A stretch of 64,000 nucleotides of DNA from Balanoglossus misakiensis. Taxonomy: Eukaryota; Animalia; Hemichordata. The number at the start of each line of letters is the position of its first letter. Position 1 is the stretch's first letter. Where the stretch lies: positions 10,433,309 to 10,497,308 of the forward strand of contig CM082591.2 of assembly GCA_040954595.2 (NCBI GenBank), written 5' to 3'. Positions 38,899-54,400 of this stretch are shown piece by piece. A model generated the notes under the pieces. The model was not told the DNA's origin and did no database searches. It worked only from the letters and a program-made list of their open reading frames with translations. A program made the translations under genes and the position numbers.

Positions 38899-39234
38899 GT
38901 AAATACAGTTTTACAGACTTTCATGATAAGGACACTGAACTCTTTTTGGGGTAAAACAAAAGAAACACTGCTATTTTAAGATAGAAAAAATTAGAGAAAT
39001 TACGTATTCGTTTGTTTTACTTTGGACCAATGAAAAATACTTGGTAACTTATGAAAATGTATTAACTGAACATTTGAAAACGTATGACATATTGAAAATG
39101 AAATTTGACAGTTTTTGATTTAGATATCAGTAATAGTAAAAAAAAAAAGTTAAAAAAGAAATAATCAGTCAAAAAAAGTATAAAATAGTAAAATTCTCGA
39201 ATGTTTTGAGGAATCAATATTTTCAACATTGATT

Positions 39235-39245
39235 GAGGGGGAGAA
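39235..39245 (+). promoter_or_regulatory. Polypurine tract
   Basis: GAGGGGGAGAA immediately before the 3' LTR. Confidence 0.85.
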
Positions 39246-39494
39246 TGGAGAAAAGAAGAACCACTCCCGTCGCTCTTAATTTGCATTTTAACTCTTTATT
39301 TTGCATGTCAATACTTTATTTGAATATTTGGCAGGCCTAACAGTGTTGTCCCACTGTAGTTAAAGTTTTGGCCCAAGACTTGTAAATAGTTTTTGTCTGA
39401 ATGGGTCTAGGGTTCGCTTTTCGTATTGGTTCGTATCCATGGAATAAACCGTCGGTTACAGAAGACCGTGTCATCATTGTACTTCTTCGCAACA
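39246..39494 (+). repeat. BEL/Pao 3' LTR
   Basis: Direct repeat of 29059-29307. Confidence 0.96.
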
Positions 39495-42400
39495 TACATA
39501 GTCTAGTGGAAAACTTTCATATGCGCATAGACCTATCATGTGTTCTGCGCATCACAACAGAATTTTGTAAACAAACGAGGCTGTGTTTGGAAGCAACCAT
39601 TGAAACTTTAGAACTAACCGTCGATCTACAGAGTCTAGTGGAAAACTTTCTTATGCGCATAGACCTATCATGTGTTCTGCGCATCACAACAGAATTGTGT
39701 AAACAAACGAGGCTGTGTTTGGAATCAACCATGGAAACTTTAGAACTATCCGTCGATCTACAGAGTCTAGTGGAAAACTTTCTTATCCTCATAGGCCTAT
39801 CATGTGTTCTGCGCATCACAACAGAATTTTGTAAACGAACGAGGCTGTGTTTGGAAGCAACCATGGAAACTTTAGAACTATCCGTCGATCTACAGAGTCT
39901 AGTGGAAAACTTTCTTATCCTCATAGACCTATCATGTGTTCTGCGCATCACAACAGAATTTTGTAAACAAACGAGGCTGTCTTTGGAAGCAACCATGGAA
40001 ACTTTAGAACTATCCGTCGATCTACAGAGTCTAGTGGAAAACTTTCTTATGCGCATAGACCTATCATGTGTTCTGCGCATCACAACAGAATTTTGCAAAC
40101 AAACGAGGCTGTGTTTGGAAGCAAACATGGAAACTTTAGAACTATCCGTCGATCTACAGAGTCTAGTGGAAAACTTTCTTATCCTCATAGGCCTATCATG
40201 TGTTCTGCGCATCACAACAGAATTTTGTAAACGAACGAGGCTGTGTTTGGAAGCAACCATGGAAAGTTTAGAACTATCCGTCGATCTACAGAGTCTAGTG
40301 GAAAACTTTCTTATGCGCATAGACCTATCATGTGTTCTGCGCATCACAACAGAATTTTGTAAACAAACGAGGCTGTGTTTGGAAGCAACCATGGAAACTT
40401 TAGAACTATCCGTCGATCTACAGAGTCTAGTGGAAAACTTTCTTATCCTCATAGACCTATCATGTGTTCTGCGCATCACAACAGAATTTTGTAAACAAAC
40501 GAGGCTGTCTTTGGAAGCAACCATGGAAACTTTAGAACTATCCGTCGATCTACAGAGTCTAGTGGAAAACTTTCTTATGCGCATAGACCTGTCATGTGTT
40601 CTGCGCATCACAACAGAATTTTGTAAACAAACGAGGCTGTGTTTGGAAGCAACCATGGAAAGTTTAGAACTATCCGTCGATCTACAGAGTCTAGTGGAAA
40701 ACTTTCTTATGCGCATAGACCTATCATGTGTTCTGCGCATCACAACAGAATTTTTTAAACAAACGAGGCTGTGTTTGGAAGCAACCATGGAAACTTTAGA
40801 ACTATCCGTCGATCTACAAAGTCTAGTGGAAAACTTTCTTATCCTCATAGACCTATCATGTGTTCTGCGCATCACAACAGAATTTTGTAAACAAACGAGG
40901 CTGTCTTTGGAAGCAACCATGGAAACTTTAGAACTATCCGTCGATCTACAGAGTCTAGTGGAAAACTTTCTTATGCGCATAGACATATCATGTGTTCTGC
41001 GCATCACAACAGAATTTTGTAAACAAACGAGGCTGTGTTTGGAAGCAACCATGGAAACTTTAGAACTATCCGTCGATCTACAGAGTCTAGAGGAAAACTT
41101 TCTTATGCGCATAGACCTATCATGTGTTCTGCGCATCACAACAGAATTTTGTAAACAAACAAGGCTGTGTTTGGAAGCAACCATGGAAACTTTAGAACTG
41201 TCCGTCGATCTACAGAGTCTAGAGGAAAACTTTCTTATGCGCATAGACCTATCATGTGTTCTGCGCATCACAACAGAATTTTGTAAACAAACAAGGCTGT
41301 GTTTGGAAGCAACCATGGAAACTTTAGAACTATCCGTCGATCTACAGAGTCTAGAGGAAAACTTTCTTATGCGCATAGACCTATCATGTGTTCTGCGCAT
41401 CACAACAGAATTTTGTAAACAAACGAGGCTGTGTTTGGAAGCAACCATAAAAACTTTTGAACTATCCGTCGATCTACAGAGTCTAGAGGAAAACTTTCTT
41501 ATCCTCATAGGCCTATCATGTGTTCTGCGCATCACAACAGAATTTTGTAAACAAACGAGGCTGTGTTTGGAAGCAACCATGGAAACTTTAGAACTATCCG
41601 TCGATCTACAGAGTCTAGAGGAAAACTTTCTTATCCTCATAGGCCTATCATGTGTTCTGCGCATCACAACAGAATTTTGTAAACAAACAAGGCTGTGTTT
41701 GGAAGCAACCATGGAAACTTTAGAACTATCCGTCGATCTACAGAGTCTAGTGGAAAACTTTCTTATGCGCATAGACCTATCATGTGTTCTGCGCATCACA
41801 AGAGAATTTTGCAAACAAACGAGGCTGTGTTTGGAAGCAAACATGGAAACTTTAGAACTATCCGTCGATCTACAGAGTCTAGTGAAAAACTTTCTTATCC
41901 TCATAGGCCTATCATGTGTTCTGCGCATCACAACAGAATTTTGTAAACGAACGAGGCTGTGTTTGGAAGCAACCATGGAAAGTTTAGAACTATCCGTCGA
42001 TCTACAGAGTCTAGTGGAAAACTTTCTTATGCGCATAGACCTATCATGTGTTCTGCGCATCACAACAGAATTTTGTAAACAAACGAGGCTGTGTTTGGAA
42101 GTAACCATGGAAACTTTAGAACTATCCGTCGATCTACAGAGTCTAGTGGAAAACTTTCTTATCCTCATAGACCTATCATGTGTTCTGCGCATCACAACAG
42201 AATTTTGTAAACGAACGAGGCTGTGTTTGGAAGCAACCATGGAAACTTTAGAACTATCCGTCGATCTACAGAGTCTAGTGGAAAACTTTCTTATCCTCAT
42301 AGACCTATCATGTGTTCTGCGCATCACAACAGAATTTTGTAAACAAACGAGGCTGTCTTTGGAAGCAACCATGGAAACTTTAGAACTATCCGTCGATCTA

Positions 42401-45400
42401 CAGAGTCTAGTGGAAAACTTTCTTATGCGCATAGACCTATCATGTGTTCTGCGCATCACAACAGAATTTTGTAAACAAACGAGGCTGTGTTTGGAAGCAA
42501 CCATGGAAACTTTAGAACTATCCGTCGATCTACAGAGTCTAGTGGAAAACTTTCTTATGCGCATAGACCTATCATGTGTTCTGCGCATCACAACAGAATT
42601 TTGCAAACAAACGAGGCTGTGTTTGGAAGCAAACATGGAAACTTTAGAACTATCCGTCGATCTACAGAGTCTAGTGGAAAACTTTCTTATCCTCATAGGC
42701 CTATCATGTGTTCTGCGCATCACAACAGAATTTTGTAAACGAACGAGGCTGTGTTTGGAAGCAACCATGGAAAGTTTAGAACTATCCGTCGATCTACAGA
42801 GTCTAGTGGAAAACTTTCTTATGCGCATAGACCTATCATGTGTTCTGCGCATCACAACAGAATTTTGTAAACAAACGAGGCTGTGTTTGGAAGCAACCAT
42901 GGAAACTTTAGAACTATCCGTCGATCTACAGAGTCTAGTGGAAAACTTTCTTATCCTCATAGACCTATCATGTGTTCTGCGCATCACAACAGAATTTTGT
43001 AAACAAACGAGGCTGTCTTTGGAAGCAACCATGGAAACTTTAGAACTATCCGTCGATCTACAGAGTCTAGTGGAAAACTTTCTTATGCGCATAGACCTGT
43101 CATGTGTTCTGCGCATCACAACAGAATTTTGTAAACAAACGAGGCTGTGTTTGGAAGCAACCATGGAAAGTTTAGAACTATCCGTCGATCTACAGAGTCT
43201 AGTGGAAAACTTTCTAATGCGCATAGACCTATCATGTGTTCTGCGCATCACAACAGAATTTTTTAAACAAACGAGGCTGTGTTTGGAAGCAACCATGGAA
43301 ACTTTAGAACTATCCGTCGATCTACAAAGTCTAGTGGAAAACTTTCTTATCCTCATAGACCTATCATGTGTTCTGCGCATCACAACAGAATTTTGTAAAC
43401 AAACGAGGCTGTCTTTGGAAGCAACCATGGAAACTTTAGAACTATCCGTCGATCTACAGAGTCTAGTGGAAAACTTTCTTATGCGCATAGACATATCATG
43501 TGTTCTGCGCATCACAACAGAATTTTGTAAACAAACGAGGCTGTGTTTGGAAGCAACCATGGAAACTTTAGAACTATCCGTCGATCTACAGAGTCTAGAG
43601 GAAAACTTTCTTATGCGCATAGACCTATCATGTGTTCTGCGCATCACAACAGAATTTTGTAAACAAACAAGGCTGTGTTTGGAAGCAACCATGGAAACTT
43701 TAGAACTGTCCGTCGATCTACAGAGTCTAGAGGAAAACTTTCTTATGCGCATAGACCTATCATGTGTTCTGCGCATCACAACAGAATTTTGTAAACAAAC
43801 AAGGCTGTGTTTGGAAGCAACCATGGAAACTTTAGAACTATCCGTCGATCTACAGAGTCTAGAGGAAAACTTTCTTATGCGCATAGACCTATCATGTGTT
43901 CTGCGCATCACAACAGAATTTTGTAAACAAACGAGGCTGTGTTTGGAAGCATCAATGGAAACTTTTGAACTATCCGTCGATCTACAGAGTCTAGAGGAAA
44001 ACTTTCTTATCCTCATAGACCTATCATGTGTTCTGCGCATCACAACAGAATTTTGCAAACAAACGAGGCTGTGTTTGGAAGCAAACATGGAAACTTTAGA
44101 ACTATCCGTCGATCTACAGAGTCTAGTGGAAAACTTTCTTATCCTCATAGGCCTATCATGTGTTCTGCGCATCACAACAGAATTTTGTAAACGAACGAGG
44201 CTGTGTTTGGAAGCAACCATGGAAAGTTTAGAACTATCCGTCGATCTACAGAGTCTAGTGGAAAACTTTCTTATGCGCATAGACCTATCATGTGTTCTGC
44301 GCATCACAACAGAATTTTGTAAACAAACGAGGCTGTGTTTGGAAGCAACCATGGAAACTTTAGAACTATCCGTCGATCTACAGAGTCTAGTGGAAAACTT
44401 TCTTATCCTCATAGACCTATCATGTGTTCTGCGCATCACAACAGAATTTTGTAAACGAACGAGGCTGTGTTTGGAAGCAACCATGGAAACTTTAGAACTG
44501 TCCGTCGATCTACAGAGTCTAGAGGAAAACTTTCTTATGCGCATAGACCTATCATGTGTTCTGCGCATCACAACAGAATTTTGTAAACAAACAAGGCTGT
44601 GTTTGGAAGCAACCATGGAAACTTTAGAACTATCCGTCGATCTACAGAGTCTAGAGGAAAACTTTCTTATGCGCATAGACCTATCATGTGTTCTGCGCAT
44701 CACAACAGAATTTTGTAAACAAACGAGGCTGTGTTTGGAAGCATCAATGGAAACTTTTGAACTATCCGTCGATCTACAGAGTCTAGAGGAAAACTTTCTT
44801 ATCCTCATAGACCTATCATGTGTTCTGCGCATCACAACAGAATTTTGCAAACAAACGAGGCTGTGTTTGGAAGCAAACATGGAAACTTTAGAACTATCCG
44901 TCGATCTACAGAGTCTAGTGGAAAACTTTCTTATCCTCATAGGCCTATCATGTGTTCTGCGCATCACAACAGAATTTTGTAAACGAACGAGGCTGTGTTT
45001 GGAAGCAACCATGGAAAGTTTAGAACTATCCGTCGATCTACAGAGTCTAGTGGAAAACTTTCTTATGCGCATAGACCTATCATGTGTTCTGCGCATCACA
45101 ACAGAATTTTGTAAACAAACGAGGCTGTGTTTGGAAGCAACCATGGAAACTTTAGAACTATCCGTCGATCTACAGAGTCTAGTGGAAAACTTTCTTATCC
45201 TCATAGACCTATCATGTGTTCTGCGCATCACAACAGAATTTTGTAAACGAACGAGGCTGTGTTTGGAAGCAACCATGGAAACTTTAGAACTATCCGTCGA
45301 TCTACAGAGTCTAGTGGAAAACTTTCTTATGCGCATAGACCTGTCATGTGTTCTGCGCATCACAACAGAATTTTGTAAACAAACGAGGCTGTGTTTGGAA

Positions 45401-48400
45401 GCAACCATGGAAAGTTTAGAACTATCCGTCGATCTACAGAGTCTAGTGGAAAACTTTCTAATGCGCATAGACCTATCATGTGTTCTGCGCATCACAACAG
45501 AATTTTTTAAACAAACGAGGCTGTGTTTGGAAGCAACCATGGAAACTTTAGAACTATCCGTCGATCTACAAAGTCTAGTGGAAAACTTTCTTATCCTCAT
45601 AGACCTATCATGTGTTCTGCGCATCACAACAGAATTTTGTAAACAAACGAGGCTGTCTTTGGAAGCAACCATGGAAACTTTAGAACTATCCGTCGATCTA
45701 CAGAGTCTAGTGGAAAACTTTCTTATGCGCATAGACATATCATGTGTTCTGCGCATCACAACAGAATTTTGTAAACAAACGAGGCTGTGTTTGGAAGCAA
45801 CCATGGAAACTTTAGAACTATCCGTCGATCTACAGAGTCTAGAGGAAAACTTTCTTATGCGCATAGACCTATCATGTGTTCTGCGCATCACAACAGAATT
45901 TTGTAAACAAACAAGGCTGTGTTTGGAAGCAACCATGGAAACTTTAGAACTGTCCGTCGATCTACAGAGTCTAGAGGAAAACTTTCTTATGCGCATAGAC
46001 CTATCATGTGTTCTGCGCATCACAACAGAATTTTGTAAACAAACAAGGCTGTGTTTGGAAGCAACCATGGAAACTTTAGAACTATCCGTCGATCTACAGA
46101 GTCTAGAGGAAAACTTTCTTATGCGCATAGACCTATCATGTGTTCTGCGCATCACAACAGAATTTTGTAAACAAACGAGGCTGTGTTTGGAAGCATCAAT
46201 GGAAACTTTTGAACTATCCGTCGATCTACAGAGTCTAGAGGAAAACTTTCTTATCCTCATAGACCTATCATGTGTTCTGCGCATCACAACAGAATTTTGC
46301 AAACAAACGAGGCTGTGTTTGGAAGCAAACATGGAAACTTTAGAACTATCCGTCGATCTACAGAGTCTAGTGGAAAACTTTCTTATCCTCATAGGCCTAT
46401 CATGTGTTCTGCGCATCACAACAGAATTTTGTAAACGAACGAGGCTGTGTTTGGAAGCAACCATGGAAAGTTTAGAACTATCCGTCGATCTACAGAGTCT
46501 AGTGGAAAACTTTCTTATGCGCATAGACCTATCATGTGTTCTGCGCATCACAACAGAATTTTGTAAACAAACGAGGCTGTGTTTGGAAGCAACCATGGAA
46601 ACTTTAGAACTATCCGTCGATCTACAGAGTCTAGTGGAAAACTTTCTTATCCTCATAGACCTATCATGTGTTCTGCGCATCACAACAGAATTTTGTAAAC
46701 GAACGAGGCTGTGTTTGGAAGCAACCATGGAAACTTTAGAACTATCCGTCGATCTACAGAGTCTAGTGGAAAACTTTCTTATCCTCATAGACCTATCATG
46801 TGTTCTGCGCATCACAACAGAATTTTGTAAACAAACGAGGCTGTCTTTGGAAGCAACCATGGAAACTTTAGAACTATCCGTCGATCTACAGAGTCTAGTG
46901 GAAAACTTTCTTATGCGCATAGACCTATCATGTGTTCTGCGCATCACAACAGAATTTTGTAAACAAACGAGGCTGTGTTTGGAAGCAACCATGGAAACTT
47001 TAGAACTATCCGTCGATCTACAGAGTCTAGTGGAAAACTTTCTTATGCGCATAGACCTATCATGTGTTCTGCGCATCACAACAGAATTTTGCAAACAAAC
47101 GAGGCTGTGTTTGGAAGCAAACATGGAAACTTTAGAACTATCCGTCGATCTACAGAGTCTAGTGGAAAACTTTCTTATCCTCATAGGCCTATCATGTGTT
47201 CTGCGCATCACAACAGAATTTTGTAAACGAACGAGGCTGTGTTTGGAAGCAACCATGGAAAGTTTAGAACTATCCGTCGATCTACAGAGTCTAGTGGAAA
47301 ACTTTCTTATGCGCATAGACCTATCATGTGTTCTGCGCATCACAACAGAATTTTGTAAACAAACGAGGCTGTGTTTGGAAGCAACCATGGAAACTTTAGA
47401 ACTATCCGTCGATCTACAGAGTCTAGTGGAAAACTTTCTTATGCGCATAGACCTATCATGTGTTCTGCGCATCACAACAGAATTTTGTAAACAAACGAGG
47501 CTGTGTTTGGAAGCAACCATGGAAACTTTAGAACTATCCGTCGATCTACAGAGTCTAGTGGAAAACTTTCTTATCCTCATAGACCTATCATGTGTTCTGC
47601 GCATCACAACAGAATTTTGTAAACAAACGAGGCTGTCTTTGGAAGCAACCATGGAAACTTTAGAACTATCCGTCGATCTATAGAGTCTAGTGGAAAACTT
47701 TCTTATGCGCATAGACCTGTCATGTGTTCTGCGCATCACAACAGAATTTTGTAAACAAACGAGGCTGTGTTTGGAAGCAACCATGGAAAGTTTAGAACTA
47801 TCCGTCGATCTACAGAGTCTAGTGGAAAACTTTCTTATGCGCATAGACCTATCATGTGTTCTGCGCATCACAACAGAATTTTTTAAACAAACGAGGCTGT
47901 GTTTGGAAGCAACCATGGAAACTTTAGAACTATCCGTCGATCTACAAAGTCTAGTGGAAAACTTTCTTATCCTCATAGACCTATCATGTGTTCTGCGCAT
48001 CACAACAGAATTTTGTAAACAAACGAGGCTGTCTTTGGAAGCAACCATGGAAACTTTAGAACTATGCGTCGATCAACAGAGTCTAGTGGAAAACTTTATT
48101 ATGCGCATAGACATATCATGTGTTCTGCGCATCACAACAGAATTTTGTAAACAAACGAGGCTGTCTTTGGAAGCAACCATGGAAACTTTAGAACTATCCG
48201 TCGATCTACAGAGTCTAGTGGAAAACTTTCTTATGCGCATAGACCTGTCATGTGTTCTGCGCATCACAACAGAATTTTGTAAACAAACGAGGCTGTGTTT
48301 GGAAGCAACCATGGAAAGTTTAGAACTATCCGTCGATCTACAGAGTCTAGTGGAAAACTTTCTTATGCGCATAGACCTATCATGTGTTCTGCGCATCACA

Positions 48401-51400
48401 ACAGAATTTTTTAAACAAACGAGGCTGTGTTTGGAAGCAACCATGGAAACTTTAGAACTATCCGTCGATCTACAAAGTCTAGTGGAAAACTTTCTTATCC
48501 TCATAGACCTATCATGTGTTCTGCGCATCACAACAGAATTTTGTAAACAAACGAGGCTGTCTTTGGAAGCAACCATGGAAACTTTAGAACTATCCGTCGA
48601 TCTACAGAGTCTAGTGGAAAACTTTCTTATGCGCATAGACATATCATGTGTTCTGCGCATCACAACAGAATTTTGTAAACAAACGAGGCTGTGTTTGGAA
48701 GCAACCATGGAAACTTTAGAACTATCCGTCGATCTACAGAGTCTAGAGGAAAACTTTCTTATGCGCATAGACCTATCATGTGTTCTGCGCATCACAACAG
48801 AATTTTGTAAACAAACAAGGCTGTGTTTGGAAGCAACCATGGAAACTTTAGAACTGTCCGTCGATCTACAGAGTCTAGAGGAAAACTTTCTTATGCGCAT
48901 AGACCTATCATGTGTTCTGCGCATCACAACAGAATTTTGTAAACAAACAAGGCTGTGTTTGGAAGCAACCATGGAAACTTTAGAACTATCCGTCGATCTA
49001 CAGAGTCTAGAGGAAAACTTTCTTATGCGCATAGACCTATCATGTGTTCTGCGCATCACAACAGAATTTTGTAAACAAACGAGGCTGTGTTTGGAAGCAT
49101 CAATGGAAACTTTTGAACTATCCGTCGATCTACAGAGTCTAGAGGAAAACTTTCTTATCCTCATAGGCCTATCATGTGTTCTGCGCATCACAACAGAATT
49201 TTGTAAACAAACGAGGCTGTGTTTGGAAGCAACCATGGAAACTTTAGAACTATCCGTCGATCTACAGAGTCTAGAGGAAAACTTTCTTATCCTCATAGGC
49301 CTATCATGTGTTCTGCGCATCACAACAGAATTTTGTAAACAAACAAGGCTGTGTTTGGAAGCAACCATGGAAACTTTAGAACTATCCGTCGATCTACAGA
49401 GTCTAGTGGAAAACTTTCTTATGCGCATAGACCTATCATGTGTTCTGCGCATCACAACAGAATTTTGCAAACAAACGAGGCTGTGTTTGGAAGCAAACAT
49501 GGAAACTTTAGAACTATCCGTCGATCTACAGAGTCTAGTGGAAAACTTTCTTATCCTCATAGGCCTATCATGTGTTCTGCGCATCACAACAGAATTTTGT
49601 AAACGAACGAGGCTGTGTTTGGAAGCAACCATGGAAAGTTTAGAACTATCCGTCGATCTACAGAGTCTAGTGGAAAACTTTCTTATGCGCATAGACCTAT
49701 CATGTGTTCTGCGCATCACAACAGAATTTTGTAAACAAACGAGGCTGTGTTTGGAAGCAACCATGGAAACTTTAGAACTATCCGTCGATCTACAGAGTCT
49801 AGTGGAAAACTTTCTTATCCTCATAGACCTATCATGTGTTCTGCGCATCACAACAGAATTTTGTAAACGAACGAGGCTGTGTTTGGAAGCAACCATGGAA
49901 ACTTTAGAACTATCCGTCGATCTACAGAGTCTAGTGGAAAACTTTCTTATCCTCATAGACCTATCATGTGTTCTGCGCATCACAACAGAATTTTGTAAAC
50001 AAACGAGGCTGTCTTTGGAAGCAACCATGGAAACTTTAGAACTATCCGTCGATCTACAGAGTCTAGTGGAAAACTTTCTTATGCGCATAGACCTATCATG
50101 TGTTCTGCGCATCACAACAGAATTTTGTAAACAAACGAGGCTGTGTTTGGAAGCAACCATGGAAACTTTAGAACTATCCGTCGATCTACAGAGTCTAGTG
50201 GAAAACTTTCTTATGCGCATAGACCTATCATGTGTTCTGCGCATCACAACAGAATTTTGCAAACAAACGAGGCTGTGTTTGGAAGCAAACATGGAAACTT
50301 TAGAACTATCCGTCGATCTACAGAGTCTAGTGGAAAACTTTCTTATCCTCATAGGCCTATCATGTGTTCTGCGCATCACAACAGAATTTTGTAAACGAAC
50401 GAGGCTGTGTTTGGAAGCAACCATGGAAAGTTTAGAACTATCCGTCGATCTACAGAGTCTAGTGGAAAACTTTCTTATGCGCATAGACCTATCATGTGTT
50501 CTGCGCATCACAACAGAATTTTGTAAACAAACGAGGCTGTGTTTGGAAGCAACCATGGAAACTTTAGAACTATCCGTCGATCTACAGAGTCTAGTGGAAA
50601 ACTTTCTTATGCGCATAGACCTATCATGTGTTCTGCGCATCACAACAGAATTTTGTAAACAAACGAGGCTGTGTTTGGAAGCAACCATGGAAACTTTAGA
50701 ACTATCCGTCGATCTACAGAGTCTAGTGGAAAACTTTCTTATCCTCATAGACCTATCATGTGTTCTGCGCATCACAACAGAATTTTGTAAACAAACGAGG
50801 CTGTCTTTGGAAGCAACCATGGAAACTTTAGAACTATCCGTCGATCTATAGAGTCTAGTGGAAAACTTTCTTATGCGCATAGACCTGTCATGTGTTCTGC
50901 GCATCACAACAGAATTTTGTAAACAAACGAGGCTGTGTTTGGAAGCAACCATGGAAAGTTTAGAACTATCCGTCGATCTACAGAGTCTAGTGGAAAACTT
51001 TCTTATGCGCATAGACCTATCATGTGTTCTGCGCATCACAACAGAATTTTTTAAACAAACGAGGCTGTGTTTGGAAGCAACCATGGAAACTTTAGAACTA
51101 TCCGTCGATCTACAAAGTCTAGTGGAAAACTTTCTTATCCTCATAGACCTATCATGTGTTCTGCGCATCACAACAGAATTTTGTAAACAAACGAGGCTGT
51201 CTTTGGAAGCAACCATGGAAACTTTAGAACTATGCGTCGATCAACAGAGTCTAGTGGAAAACTTTATTATGCGCATAGACATATCATGTGTTCTGCGCAT
51301 CACAACAGAATTTTGTAAACAAACGAGGCTGTGTTTGGAAGCAACCATGGAAACTTTAGAACTATCCGTCGATCTACAGAGTCTAGAGGAAAACTTTCTT

Positions 51401-54400
51401 ATGCGCATAGACCTATCATGTGTTCTGCGCATCACAACAGAATTTTGTAAACAAACAAGGCTGTGTTTGGAAGCAACCATGGAAACTTTAGAACTGTCCG
51501 TCGATCTACAGAGTCTTGAGGAAAACTTTCTTATGCGCATAGACCTATCATGTGTTCTGCGCATCACAACAGAATTTTGTAAACAAACAAGGCTGTGTTT
51601 GGAAGCAACCATGGAAACTTTAGAACTATCCGTCGATCTACAGAGTCTAGAGGAAAACTTTCTTATGCGCATAGACCTATCATGTGTTCTGCGCATCACA
51701 ACAGAATTTTGTAAACAAACGAGGCTGTGTTTGGAAGCAACCATAAAAACTTTTGATCTATCCGTCGATCTACAGAGTCTAGAGGAAAACTTTCTTATCC
51801 TCATAGGCCTATCATGTGTTCTGCGCATCACAACAGAATTTTGTAAACAAACGAGGCTGTGTTTGGAAGCAACCATGGAAACTTTAGAACTATCCGTCGA
51901 TCTACAGAGTCTAGAGGAAAACTTTCTTATCCTCATAGGCCTATCATGTGTTCTGCGCATCACAACAGAATTTTGTAAACAAACAAGGCTGTGTTTGGAA
52001 GCAACCATGGAAACTTTAGAACTATCCGTCGATCTACAGAGTCTAGTGGAAAACTTTCTTATGCGCATAGACCTATCATGTGTTCTGCGCATCACAACAG
52101 AATTTTGCAAACAAACGAGGCTGTGTTTGGAAGCAAACATGGAAACTTTAGAACTATCCGTCGATCTACAGAGTCTAGTGGAAAACTTTCTTATCCTCAT
52201 AGGCCTATCATGTGTTCTGCGCATCACAACAGAATTTTGTAAACGAACGAGGCTGTGTTTGGAAGCAACCATGGAAAGTTTAGAACTATCCGTCGATCTA
52301 CAGAGTCTAGTGGAAAACTTTCTTATGCGCATAGACCTATCATGTGTTCTGCGCATCACAACAGAATTTTGTAAACAAACGAGGCTGTGTTTGGAAGCAA
52401 CCATGGAAACTTTAGAACTATCCGTCGATCTACAGAGTCTAGTGGAAAACTTTCTTATCCTCATAGACCTATCATGTGTTCTGCGCATCACAACAGAATT
52501 TTGTAAACGAACGAGGCTGTGTTTGGAAGCAACCATGGAAAGTTTAGAACTATCCGTCGATCTACAGAGTCTAGTGGAAAACTTTCTTATGCGCATAGAC
52601 CTATCATGTGTTCTGCGCATCACAACAGAATTTTGTAAACAAACGAGGCTGTGTTTGGAAGCAACCATGGAAACTTTAGAACTATCCGTCGATCTACAGA
52701 GTCTAGTGTAAAACTTTCTTATCCTCATAGGCCTATCATGTGTTCTGCGCATCACAACAGAATTTTGTAAACGAACGAGGCTGTGTTTGGAAGCAACCAT
52801 GGAAAGTTTAGAACTATCCGTCGATCTACAGAGTCTAGTGGAAAACTTTCTTATGCGCATAGACCTATCATGTGTTCTGCGCATCACAACAGAATTTTGT
52901 AAACAAACGAGGCTGTGTTTGGAAGCAACCATGGAAACTTTAGAACTATCCGTCGATCTACAGAGTCTAGTGGAAAACTTTCTTATCCTCATAGACCTAT
53001 CATGTGTTCTGCGCATCACAACAGAATTTTGTAAACGAACGAGGCTGTGTTTGGAAGCAACCATGGAAAGTTTAGAACTATCCGTCGATCTACAGAGTCT
53101 AGTGGAAAACTTTCTTATGCGCATAGACCTATCATGTGTTCTGCGCATCACAACAGAATTTTGTAAACAAACGAGGCTGTGTTTGGAAGCAACCATGGAA
53201 ACTTTAGAACTATCCGTCGATCTACAGAGTCTAGTGGAAAACTTTCTTATCCTCATAGACCTATCATGTGTTCTGCGCATCACAACAGAATTTTGTAAAC
53301 AAACGAGGCTGTCTTTGGAAGCAACCATGGAAACTTTAGAACTATCCGTCGATCTACAGAGTCTAGTGGAAAACTTTCTTATGCGCATAGACCTGTCATG
53401 TGTTCTGCGCATCACAACAGAATTTTGTAAACAAACGAGGCTGTGTTTGGAAGCAACCATGGAAAGTTTAGAACTATCCGTCGATCTACAGAGTCTAGTG
53501 GAAAACTTTCTTATGCGCATAGACCTATCATGTGTTCTGCGCATCACAAGAGAATTTTTTAAACAAACGAGGCTGTGTTTGGAAGCAACCATGGAAACTT
53601 TAGAACTATCCGTCGATCTACAAAGTCTAGTGGAAAACTTTCTTATCCTCATAGACCTATCATGTGTTCTGCGCATCACAACAGAATTTTGTAAACAAAC
53701 GAGGCTGTCTTTGGAAGCAACCATGGAAACTTTAGAACTATCCGTCGATCTACAGAGTCTAGTGGAAAACTTTCTTATGCGCATAGACATATCATGTGTT
53801 CTGCGCATCACAACAGAATTTTGTAAACAAACGAGGCTGTGTTTGGAAGCAACCATGGAAACTTTAGAACTATCCGTCGATCTACAGAGTCTAGAGGAAA
53901 ACTTTCTTATGCGCATAGACCTATCATGTGTTCTGCGCATCACAACAGAATTTTGTAAACAAACAAGGCTGTGTTTGGAAGCAACCATGGAAACTTTAGA
54001 ACTGTCCGTCGATCTACAGAGTCTAGAGGAAAACTTTCTTATGCGCATAGACCTATCATGTGTTCTGCGCATCACAACAGAATTTTGTAAACAAACAAGG
54101 CTGTGTTTGGAAGCAACCATGGAAACTTTAGAACTATCCGTCGATCTACAGAGTCTAGAGGAAAACTTTCTTATGCGCATAGACCTATCATGTGTTCTGC
54201 GCATCACAACAGAATTTTGTAAACAAACGAGGCTGTGTTTGGAAGCAACCATAAAAACTTTTGAACTATCCGTCGATCTACAGAGTCTAGAGGAAAACTT
54301 TCTTATCCTCATAGGCCTATCATGTGTTCTGCGCATCACAACAGAATTTTGTAAACAAACGAGGCTGTGTTTGGAAGCAACCATGGAAACTTTAGAACTA

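Larger units (their letters stand above)
29059..39494 (+). mobile_element. BEL/Pao LTR retrotransposon inserted in the satellite
   Basis: 249-bp LTRs at 29059-29307 and 39246-39494 (TG...CA, 4 differences by eye). TSD TACAG/TACAT. PBS and PPT present, with gag and pol motifs. Confidence 0.96.
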
